The translations under genes and the position numbers were made by a program. Positions 39,001 through 46,646 of a stretch of DNA of 64,000 bases are shown piece after piece (position 1 is the first letter of the stretch; each line of letters begins with the position of its first letter). The DNA comes from Patescibacteria group bacterium. Its GTDB lineage: Bacteria > Patescibacteriota > Gracilibacteria > Peribacterales > Peribacteraceae. The DNA lies in NCBI GenBank assembly GCA_023263945.1, contig JALQTW010000004.1, positions 3,095 to 67,094 on the forward strand, read 5' to 3'. A model generated the notes under the pieces. It saw nothing but the letters and a program-made list of their open reading frames with translations. It was not told where the DNA came from and did not search any database.

Positions 39001-39272
39001 AAACGAAGCGTATTTCTCCAAGAACTTCCAAGCGGCGGTTCCGTGGAAGGACAAGTGATAATGCCCGCTGCATTTGCGGGAATCGTTACCTTTTGCCCGT
39101 GTGACAGTGTTTCCGCAATCACCGTACGAGGTGGACCAGAAATAGGTGTGACCGTCGTCACACTTCCCTGAAAGAACCGTCCACGCAAAAGAACGATGGC
39201 AGCAATAACTGCTATGACAAGAATGGCAGCGACGAGTCTACCGCGCCGGTGTGGATTCGGGTTTTCATTCAT
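36057..39272 (-). CDS. Modular surface protein: shared N-domain, LamG, two DUF11-like Ig domains, Kelch propeller, DUF4215
   Basis: WWKMEEG..LDDVRIF; GDTVTYT..NNG; FNGKMWVIAG, FNGKIYVVGG; CGNNVLDSGEECDDGN. Confidence 0.85.
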   Translation of the reverse strand: MNENPNPHRRGRLVAAILVIAVIAAIVLLRGRFFQGSVTTVTPISGPPRTVIAETLSHGQKVTIPANAAGIITCPSTEPPLGSSWRNTLRFRSSSNPGWLRIYEYSPGFSNEQNRTLASSTRWTGPRFGVNFVSSAGGGGGGSLETLAAGKMYYVASSTDFDFSCSSPRPIAWWKMEEGQGLTAVDSVSNHNATIAGASWIAPGATTDSVAALSFDGIDDFLTAANSETLNFDVQNRFSFSFLGNGDKTVLRNFSVSAMPLRGYLLQVVDGYVQLILSEGTNAGMIATSSLPMAEGRYSHVIVSYDGTKANPTDRITMYIDGVHDDGLLTQAFGNLTTFSIPDPTFYIGKGFAFLSDAPFSGNLDDVRIFDTIVDPSDFKYIFPTGSSSSALVLPPPPVTVSQSGPTSAMVGDTVTYTYSLRNNGPQPLTGVTLRNPLPTASSITVNTGGTDASCTVQDRYLVCSPSSPLAGGAQLTLTVSFVLGASTPCPTILSNTGFASATGYRSIPIQTVYTGIACQPIPSSSSSAPPSSSSSSSPPLSVVASGPTTVTAGQTALYSFRVTNVSSAIATNVTLRVPIPASAIMDTAQTMPGCRVQGTDVICGGDNSLVLPGNNNNFSIPIGFTIAQSAQCPVLLSVLGYVSANSISETFSNTVFTGLQCAAPVSSAAVSSSSSSLSSATYTFEPAYALCEPSEWMEAGTDALPRELAAGSAVSHNGKLFVLAGNRYNALTIVAGSGVYMSMNGDTWTFQGFLPHNMQNGIALSYANKLWYIGGATSYNNFAPNEIFPYFSNNISKAVFMSSDEGVTWQRVGDLPDFLAQSAGVVFNGKMWVIAGRNGSSGFSQGAGLKSRKVYSSTDGITWNTEADLPVPLDPQFGNEQYRGLSDHAAVVFNGKIYVVGGYFATPITTTTSRDVFVFDPVTGWTRYQGVLPSNFIDVQLAVFRNKIWSLGGGPSTAPICSNYLSDNGTDWYTAGNNLPYPTTQFSIVTHPFGGGMGLWAIGGQATNTPTTPYEKVLVLSDTGFLPSAPTLTCGNNVLDSGEECDDGNRFDGDGCFSNCSLMSPPFPLP

Positions 39273-41299
39273 CAGGGGAAGATCGAGTCAGGCGGGAACA
39301 TGATGGAGCAGTTTGCAAAACACCCATCTCCGTCCCATGTTTGGCAGGTCTGCCCGGAAGCACAGTCGGCATTGGTGGTACAGGCAGTGCCAAACGGAGC
39401 ACACTGCTTACCGTCGTCACATTCCTCAGTGCCATCGATACTTCCATTGCCGCAGAGTGCAGAAGTAGGAATGCTGGAAGAGGAGCTAGAGGAAGAACTG
39501 GAATTAACTCCACAGCTTGCGCGACACTGAGCTTGTGTTTGTGAGCAACCTACTCCTTCTTCGCAGATGCCACCTGCCTTACAGCAATACGAGAGAGTAG
39601 GCAGACACGTAATGGGAACTTGCAATGTTCTTGTAAGCGGCGTTCCAAGAAGACTTGAGGTGAGTGTTGCAACCGATGTGAAGGTAGACGGACATGTTGC
39701 TCCAAAGCCAACGGCATAGGCGATGGCAGCAGGCGTGATTCCCGTCATATTGGCTTGTAGTGTTCCCAAGTTACAAACAATGTTGGAGCCCACCGGAGAA
39801 CATATGGCACTCGATTTAAAACTTATACCGTTTCCTGTAGGCAGCGGAACGGTAATGGTCACATTGTTGTGAGGTACCGTTCCCGTATTTTGCAGTGTGT
39901 ATGTGTTTACAAGATCTCCACCTCGCGCTGCCGTCTGAGAAGCGACAGCAGTGAAGAGGAGACCTGCATTATTTTCCGATGAAGAACTAGAGGAGGAACT
40001 GGAACAGGAGATGGTGGGAGAGAAAATGAGAGCATTGTTGCCGAGGTTTATATCATTGGTATCAGATTCATCGGAAGTAACCTGTGCAAGTATGGCAGTA
40101 GAGGAATTACAGAGGTTGCTATTGAGTGGAGTGAGAGCCACACCTAATACTGTAGCTCTTCGTCCAAACGTACCAAGATTGCATGAGACAGGATTGGTTC
40201 CTTCACGAGTACAAAGAGGATTGGACAAAGACGGAGTAAACCCGAATCCACTTGGAACGGGCACAAGCACACGGACATTTGTTGCAATTCCAGAGCCAGA
40301 GTTACTGACAATCATCTGGAAAACATGGGGTTGATTCAGTGTAGGATCGTCTCCTTCAATAGAAATGAGCGCAAGATCAAAAGAACTGGAGCTTGAAGAC
40401 GACGAAACGGGTGGAGGACACGACACAGTCACAATATGTGGTGAACTTGTATTGTTTGTGGGGTTTGGATCAACGCCCGCCGCTGTTGTGGTGCCGCTTA
40501 TTTGCACGGTGGTTAAGCATGTAGTTTGATCAAGAGGAGTCATTGCAATATCAAACACTGCTACTGAGTTGGGAGGAAAGTTTGGAAGATTACACACAAC
40601 AGGACCTGTTCCATGCGTACAATACAAAGAAGACAGTGATGGGTAATACCCAAAGCCTGTTGGAAGGTTCACGGAGAGTTGTACATTTGTTCCGGTGGAG
40701 GTTCCGCTATTTCCGACAGTGAATCTGGTGACAAACGGAAGGCCTAAAGGAGTGGTAATGGGAGTGAGAGACGAGAGAGTTGCTCTCATGTCTGTTGATG
40801 ATGGTGACCCTGTCACGTTGAAAGTGACCGGCAGCGGCGAATCACTGGGTGTTCCTGTTCCAAATTCTTTCGCACGGAGGACAATCGTATGATCCCCAAT
40901 ATCTGCATTCGTAGGTGCATATGTGAGACAGTACATGCTCACCTGAATGGGCGTTGCGCCAAAGTAGCCCGTGTAGATGCAGCGCTGCAATGTTGCGCCG
41001 TTTGGAAGGGCTGCATCGGTCAGTATGTCCTCCGTTTGGACAACGCCGTTGATGGTACGGTTTGTTGTCCTGTCGCGATCGATCCCGGCGACGTACATGG
41101 TTGCGGAAGAACCCGCAGGAACCGTAATGAATTCACTTCCGGAAATAATGATGCCCGCAGGGCGGCTTGTTTGCGTTGGGGGCAGTGATCCGCGCAACGG
41201 AGCAGGATTCCTCATCAACGCAAACATCGTTCCCAAGCCAATCACAATCAGTACCCCCAGGAGAAGGTTGATGCGGTGGGAGGCAGGGCGGAGGGGCAT
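39272..41299 (-). CDS. Surface protein with three DUF11-like Ig domains and DUF4215
   Basis: NSG..(A/G)TNV...P.GF repeats, DPNPTNN, CGNGSIDGTEECDDG. Confidence 0.8.
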   Translation of the reverse strand: MPLRPASHRINLLLGVLIVIGLGTMFALMRNPAPLRGSLPPTQTSRPAGIIISGSEFITVPAGSSATMYVAGIDRDRTTNRTINGVVQTEDILTDAALPNGATLQRCIYTGYFGATPIQVSMYCLTYAPTNADIGDHTIVLRAKEFGTGTPSDSPLPVTFNVTGSPSSTDMRATLSSLTPITTPLGLPFVTRFTVGNSGTSTGTNVQLSVNLPTGFGYYPSLSSLYCTHGTGPVVCNLPNFPPNSVAVFDIAMTPLDQTTCLTTVQISGTTTAAGVDPNPTNNTSSPHIVTVSCPPPVSSSSSSSSFDLALISIEGDDPTLNQPHVFQMIVSNSGSGIATNVRVLVPVPSGFGFTPSLSNPLCTREGTNPVSCNLGTFGRRATVLGVALTPLNSNLCNSSTAILAQVTSDESDTNDINLGNNALIFSPTISCSSSSSSSSSENNAGLLFTAVASQTAARGGDLVNTYTLQNTGTVPHNNVTITVPLPTGNGISFKSSAICSPVGSNIVCNLGTLQANMTGITPAAIAYAVGFGATCPSTFTSVATLTSSLLGTPLTRTLQVPITCLPTLSYCCKAGGICEEGVGCSQTQAQCRASCGVNSSSSSSSSSSIPTSALCGNGSIDGTEECDDGKQCAPFGTACTTNADCASGQTCQTWDGDGCFANCSIMFPPDSIFP

Positions 41300-41323
41300 G
41301 AGGGAGGTTAAGGAGGAGCCTCT

Positions 41324-42559
41324 TTAAATGGACGAAGGAGGAACAACCCATCGGCAGTTACTGAAACACGCATCACCATCGTTCGTGTTGCCATCGTCAC
41401 AGTCTTCACCGGTTTCCGTTGTTCCGTTTCCACAGACGGAGGAAGGGGAGGAGGACGAAGAAGAAGACGACGACGAAGAGGATAAGGAACTGCTGGAAGA
41501 ACCGCTTGTACAAATACCTGAAGAACAAATAAGTCCCAGAGGGCATACGTTCGTTCCGTCACACGGAACACAGAGACCGTTCACGCACACTTGGCCACTT
41601 GTGCAGAGGTTGCCGATACATTGTGCCGATGAACTTGATGAACTGGAAGACGATGAAGAAGGGGGACCGCTCGATGAAGATGAAGAGGATGTTGTGGAAC
41701 TGGAAGAGCTGGTAGAAGAGGAAGAGGAAGACGAAGAGTTCGAGGAAGAATTGCTAACAGAAGAAGAACTGAAGGAAGTATTGCTTGATGAACTCGTGCT
41801 GGATGTTGAAACACATGTTCCACTTCCACTACATTGATAACCTGAAGGACAGAGATGGGTCGAGTCACACGGAGTACACACCCCATTCGTACACACTTGA
41901 TTGTTGAAGCAGAGGGAGCCCGTGCATTGTGCCGACGATGTACTGCTGGAACTAGCAGCACCATGACCGGGGCAGGCTCCTGACATTTGAAGTCCCTGAC
42001 CACAGATGAAACATAGATCGATATCACTCATCACATAGATCTGTTTGCCACTTCCTGTGCTGTCCAGCCTCGTCAGTTTGTTAATCTCATTGTAGAGAGC
42101 CTGTTGGTCGGTTGTATCAGCATCGTTTACTTGTGCTTGTGAGAGGAAGAACGTGCCGTCAAAGAGGAAGAGCTTTGTTTTCCCCGCCTGATAATTCGCA
42201 TTCTCCCGTCCGGAATACTGGTACCCCCAGTAGAGTGTGCCTGCGGGAATTTGATAGTTTCCGGTTGTGGGGGTAATAGGAACATTCACCATAGAGCCCT
42301 GCGGACAGACGACCAGGTTGTGTTCATCTCCTTTTATAATGACTCCCTGCAGAGACTGATCGCTTGTGTATTCATTCACAGGAATGCCCTGGTAGAGAGC
42401 ACCAAGAAGAGATGCTCCGGGACGCGGAGCAGCAGAGAGATCTAATGTGGGAATGAGGATGTCATTCTCTTGTTGTTTTTGTTCAGAGACGACGGTGGCA
42501 ACCACTGCCGCAATGACAGCAATTCCAATGACCGAGAGCAGAAGGTGCTTGAGGCCCAT
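41324..42559 (-). CDS. Ser-rich/Cys-rich surface protein, paralog of 42696-43823
   Basis: N-terminal TM, DEHNLVVCP..WGYQYSGRENANY domain, poly-Ser, DUF4215 C-terminus. Confidence 0.8.
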   Translation of the reverse strand: MGLKHLLLSVIGIAVIAAVVATVVSEQKQQENDILIPTLDLSAAPRPGASLLGALYQGIPVNEYTSDQSLQGVIIKGDEHNLVVCPQGSMVNVPITPTTGNYQIPAGTLYWGYQYSGRENANYQAGKTKLFLFDGTFFLSQAQVNDADTTDQQALYNEINKLTRLDSTGSGKQIYVMSDIDLCFICGQGLQMSGACPGHGAASSSSTSSAQCTGSLCFNNQVCTNGVCTPCDSTHLCPSGYQCSGSGTCVSTSSTSSSSNTSFSSSSVSNSSSNSSSSSSSSTSSSSSTTSSSSSSSGPPSSSSSSSSSSSAQCIGNLCTSGQVCVNGLCVPCDGTNVCPLGLICSSGICTSGSSSSSLSSSSSSSSSSSSPSSVCGNGTTETGEDCDDGNTNDGDACFSNCRWVVPPSSI

Positions 42560-42695
42560 TGGAGGGAAGGATAGAGAGAAAGTTGGCGGGATGCAATAAA
42601 AAAGTTACGGTGAAGAAGGCGGTAGTAAGAAGTCAGTAATCAGTAATCAGTAATCAGTAGTCAGTAGTCAGATCTCATGTCTCAAATCTCATGTC

Positions 42696-43823
42696 TTATA
42701 GACTTGCCGGCGGCACCACCCATCGGCAGTTACTGAAGCATGCATCACGATCGTTCGTGTTGCCATCGTCACAGTCTTCTCCGGTTTCGGTTTGTCCATT
42801 GCCGCAGATTGCGGAGGAGGATGAGGAAGACGAGGAAGATGAGGAGGACGAAGAGGACGAGGAAATAGAAGAAATAGATGATGATGAAGTTTCCTCACAT
42901 CTATTTGTCCCCGAATTACAGACCATATTGTAAGGACAACTCACGCCATTTCCACATCGATAACACAAGCCAGCCTGACAGACTGTTCGTGAATTATTGC
43001 ATTCATCCTGATCACACGAACCTGCACCTCCGCATTGCCCCCCAATACATGCAAGTCCATTTGGACAGTTGGCATCTGTTGAGCATGCTTGTTGTGATGT
43101 GCTTGATGAAGAGGAAGAGGATGAAGACGAGTAGTTCGAGGAAGACGAGGAAGAGGAAATGAAGGACGAAGAAGACGAAGAAAGAGACGAAATAGATGAT
43201 AACGATGAAAGAGCGGAGCTGCTTGAAGTGCCTCCCACTGGACAAGCATTTGCAGGCAGAAGTCCCTGTCCGCAGATGAAGCACAAATCAACGGCGCTCA
43301 TCACATACAACTGCTTACTGCTTTCCGCCGTGCTGAACTGCGTCAATCTGTTGATGTCTGCATAGAGCGTGCGTTCATCCTGCGTTAAATTTGGTGCATT
43401 CACCTGTGCTTGCGAAAGGAAGAATGTCCCGTCAAACAGTGCAAGCTTTGTTTTGCCTGCCGCGTAATTGGCATTCTCCTGCCCGGAATATTGGTAGCCC
43501 CAAAACAGCGTGGTTGCACTTGCCGGAGCAAGGGAAGGGTTGATAACAGGAATGTTGGAAGCGGTTCCAATGGGGCACGAGACAAGGTTATGTTCATCTT
43601 TCTGGATGAGTGCACCGGCAATGGATTGCTCGCGTGTATATTCATTGAGTTGAATGCCGTTCACCGTTGCACCAAGAAGGGTAGAGCCCTTCACTTCCGC
43701 ACGCGAAAAATTGAGGGTCGGAATAAGAACATGCGACGAAGAGCGCTGAGTGGCAACGGTTGCAACAATTGCTGCAGTGACTGCAACACCAACGACTGAA
43801 AGAAGGAGAGTCTTCAGGGTCAT
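42696..43823 (-). CDS. Ser-rich/Cys-rich surface protein, paralog of 41324-42559
   Basis: MTLKTLLLSVVG start, DEHNLVSCP..WGYQYSGQENANY, DUF4215 C-terminus. Confidence 0.8.
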   Translation of the reverse strand: MTLKTLLLSVVGVAVTAAIVATVATQRSSSHVLIPTLNFSRAEVKGSTLLGATVNGIQLNEYTREQSIAGALIQKDEHNLVSCPIGTASNIPVINPSLAPASATTLFWGYQYSGQENANYAAGKTKLALFDGTFFLSQAQVNAPNLTQDERTLYADINRLTQFSTAESSKQLYVMSAVDLCFICGQGLLPANACPVGGTSSSSALSSLSSISSLSSSSSSFISSSSSSSNYSSSSSSSSSSTSQQACSTDANCPNGLACIGGQCGGAGSCDQDECNNSRTVCQAGLCYRCGNGVSCPYNMVCNSGTNRCEETSSSSISSISSSSSSSSSSSSSSSSSAICGNGQTETGEDCDDGNTNDRDACFSNCRWVVPPASL

Positions 43824-43996
43824 TGGAAAGCAGAGTAAAGAGAATCGAAGGGGGATGCAATGAGATCTGGCTGGCGCGGAAACAAGTCGCGCGAAGTCCG
43901 CCTTCGTTCGCCACGGTGAACTACGGATAAACAGGTATCGTACATTCCGCGCGAAGTATCGCATTTTCCGCGCGAAGGAAAAATTGTTTTGTCATG

Positions 43997-44059
43997 AGAG
44001 CGGCATACTTGCCGCGGATAAATGGCATACCTGCCCGCCGGCAGGCGGGCTTGCCGCGG
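43997..44059. repeat. REP palindromes flanking the RAYT (left side)
   Basis: AGAGCGGCATACTTGCCGCG and a second copy interrupted by CCTGCCCGCCGGCAGGCGGG. Confidence 0.8.
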
Positions 44060-44074
44060 TATAAATGAAACTCT

Positions 44075-44518
44075 TTATATATCGAAACAACTCAATAGTG
44101 TGACATCCCATTTCCCCGATGCGGAGGACCACGGGTATTCCTCAGGTTTTTCACAGAGTCCTTTCTTCACTGGATTCATGTGGATGTATCTGATGACCTG
44201 ACGTATTCGGTCAGGAATAACAAGATGAAATCGAGGTTGCCATAGAGCACCTTGGCCTACCTGAAATACGACTGCACGCTTGAAGGTGTACATGATTCTA
44301 GAAATTGAATTTTCTTTTGGTGCCTTTAGCAAAAAATGACAATGATCGGGCATGATGACGAAGGAATAGAGAAAAAAGGGCAACTTTTCTTGTGTGAAAT
44401 AGAGAGCATTAATTGCTTCTCTTGCATGACCCGGTTCAAGGAAGAGGGGATGCTTTCCTTTAACGTTCGTTGTGATGAGCATGGGAAGCTGGTTTTGGAT
44501 GGGGTGTCGTTGGGACAT
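44075..44518 (-). mobile_element. REP-associated tyrosine transposase (RAYT, Y1 HUH family)
   Basis: FVIMPDHCH (HUH), LWQPRF, YIHMNPVKKGL, YPWSS; REPs on both sides. Confidence 0.9.
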
Positions 44519-44536
44519 TGGGAAATGCTAAAGGGC

Positions 44537-44663
44537 CGCGCGAAGCATCGCGCTCTCATTTCTGGATAAATGATGGTCTAATCATCAATGAAATGACATA
44601 AGAGCGGCATACTTGCCCGCCGGCAGGCGGGCTTGCCGCGAATAAATGGCATGCTTGCCGCGG
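44537..44663. repeat. REP palindromes flanking the RAYT (right side)
   Basis: CGCGCGAAGCATCGCGCTCT (inverted), AGAGCGGCATA[20-mer]CTTGCCGCG, GGCATGCTTGCCGCGG. Confidence 0.8.
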
Positions 44664-44739
44664 ACCCATCACGTTATCCACCATTTTTCAGATATTCTTG
44701 ATCGATCGTTTGGATGATGGTCTGGCGAATATGTGATCA

Positions 44740-46296
44740 TCATTTTGCGGTCTCTTCTACTCTTTTTTCTCTGATCACATTCACTTTAATGACACCCGGG
44801 TAGGTAAGCTCGGCTTCAATCTTCTTTGCGATGTTCTTCGCGAGTTCCAATTGCTTGAGATCATCAACTCTGCCTGCATCCACAAACACGCGCACTTCGC
44901 GTCCTGCAGAAATGGCGTAGGCCTTGCTCACTCCCTCGAACGATTTGGCTGTCGCTTCCAGTTCCGTAAGACGCTTGATGTACGCTTCCATGGATTCTCT
45001 TCTGGCACCGGGACGTGCACCAGAAATAGCATCTGCTGCAGCAACAATGAAGGCTTCTGCAGTTTCGATGGGGATATCTTCGTGATGTGCTGCAATACAG
45101 TGAATCACTTCCGGTCGTACCTTGAAGCGCTTTGCAATTTCTACGCCAATCTCCACGTGCGTACCGGAGACTTCGTGGTCCAGGGCTTTCCCCATGTCAT
45201 GCAGCAAACATCCTTCTGCAACAATCAAAGGATCTGCCCCTAACTCTTCCGCCATGGTGCGTCCCATGTTTCCCATTTGGACCGAGTGCTTCAAAATATT
45301 CTGTCCGTAACTGGTGCGGAAGCGCAGGCGTCCAATGATCTTTAAGAGATCTTGCGGATAGCCCGTAATGCCGAGTTCCTCGGTTGCTCGCTTTCCAAAT
45401 TCCAAGAGCATTTTTGCAACCTGCTCTTTCACTTTGTTGACCACCTCTTCAATGCGTGCCGGTTGAATGCGTCCATCTTCCACGAGTTTTTCCATCGCAA
45501 GTTTTGCAACGTAGCGGCGAATCAAATCGAACCCGGAAATTACAATGGCTCCCGGTGTATCGTCAATAATTACATCCACGCCTGTTGCTGCTTCAAACGC
45601 TGCAATGTTGCGTCCTTCTTTTCCAATGATACGTCCTTTCACATCGTCCGACGGAAGTTGCACCACAGTTGTTGTTGATTCTGTAGCCACTTCGGAGGCA
45701 TACCGTTGCATGGCTTCGGCCAACATGTTCTTTGCTTTCTCTTCCACCTCTTCTTCCATCGCTTTCTGTTCTTCTTTCAGTTGCGCTGCAAAGAATGGTG
45801 CAAATTCCGACTTTAATTCTTCAGACAATTTTTTCTTCGCTTCTTCCGCCGAAAGTTTGGATACTTTTTCCAATGCTTCACGATGCTTCACGGTGGACTC
45901 TTTCAGTTCCACCTCCATCTCTTTCATCTCCGTTTCTCTCTTCGTCAATGTTGCACGCTGCTTTTCCACTTCCTTCACTTTTTCCGTGAGCGCTTTTTCA
46001 TGTTCTTCAATGCGCGCGCGATCTTTCTCCACATGAGACGTCATCTCCTGCACCTGCAATTTTGCCTCGCTCATAATTTCTTTCGCGTTTGCCTTCGCTT
46101 CAGCTTCCAGCGCTTTCGCTTTGCTGCGCGCTTCTACAATCTGAACCTGCGTGTCCGCAAGTTCTTTTTCTTTCTGATCAATTTCCGCTTGCAGGCGGTT
46201 ACTGATTTTCTTTCCTGAACTAAACCAGAACCAGCCGGCAAGGAGGCCAAGAAAAAGTCCTGCAATAAGACCTAGAAAGACGACGGTAAAATCCAT
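44740..46296 (-). CDS. rny: Ribonuclease Y
   Basis: N-terminal TM, coiled coil, KH domain KGRIIGKEGRNI, HD domain LLHDMGK, ADAISGARPGAR. Confidence 0.97.
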   Translation of the reverse strand: MDFTVVFLGLIAGLFLGLLAGWFWFSSGKKISNRLQAEIDQKEKELADTQVQIVEARSKAKALEAEAKANAKEIMSEAKLQVQEMTSHVEKDRARIEEHEKALTEKVKEVEKQRATLTKRETEMKEMEVELKESTVKHREALEKVSKLSAEEAKKKLSEELKSEFAPFFAAQLKEEQKAMEEEVEEKAKNMLAEAMQRYASEVATESTTTVVQLPSDDVKGRIIGKEGRNIAAFEAATGVDVIIDDTPGAIVISGFDLIRRYVAKLAMEKLVEDGRIQPARIEEVVNKVKEQVAKMLLEFGKRATEELGITGYPQDLLKIIGRLRFRTSYGQNILKHSVQMGNMGRTMAEELGADPLIVAEGCLLHDMGKALDHEVSGTHVEIGVEIAKRFKVRPEVIHCIAAHHEDIPIETAEAFIVAAADAISGARPGARRESMEAYIKRLTELEATAKSFEGVSKAYAISAGREVRVFVDAGRVDDLKQLELAKNIAKKIEAELTYPGVIKVNVIREKRVEETAK

Positions 46297-46646
46297 AGAG
46301 GGTTGGGGCAAGAAGAAGGGCGCCCCACTTCAGCTCACGTCAAAGCAATGTCAGAATTTGATGGCCGATCTACAAGGAGAGAAATCATGACGGTGTCGGG
46401 TCAAAGAATTGATGCAATGTGAGGCTCGTCTCTCAGAACATAAGGAGAGGAAGTGGGACGAGACGAACAAAGCATAGAGGATGGCAAGGCAAAAGGCGAG
46501 GGCTGATGGATGGCTTCCTGCTGCGTTCGGTTCGAATGAGAGCCGAAAACAATGATTGATTAGATCACCATTTGTTGTTTGGTAGCAATCGGGATCGCTC
46601 GATGGCTCCTTCTGGGCGCAGTACCGTGCGCCTCTTTTTCCTCTCT

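Noticed and set aside
41328..41837. Poly-Glu/Asp plus-strand ORFs opposite the surface genes
   Set aside because: Reverse-complement reading of poly-Ser codons
32387..43823. Diversity-generating retroelement acting on the surface array
   Set aside because: No reverse transcriptase in the window, and differences between repeated ends are not adenine-specific
43887..44663. Possible CRISPR array
   Set aside because: Repeats vary in orientation and spacing, flank a RAYT, and no cas genes are present
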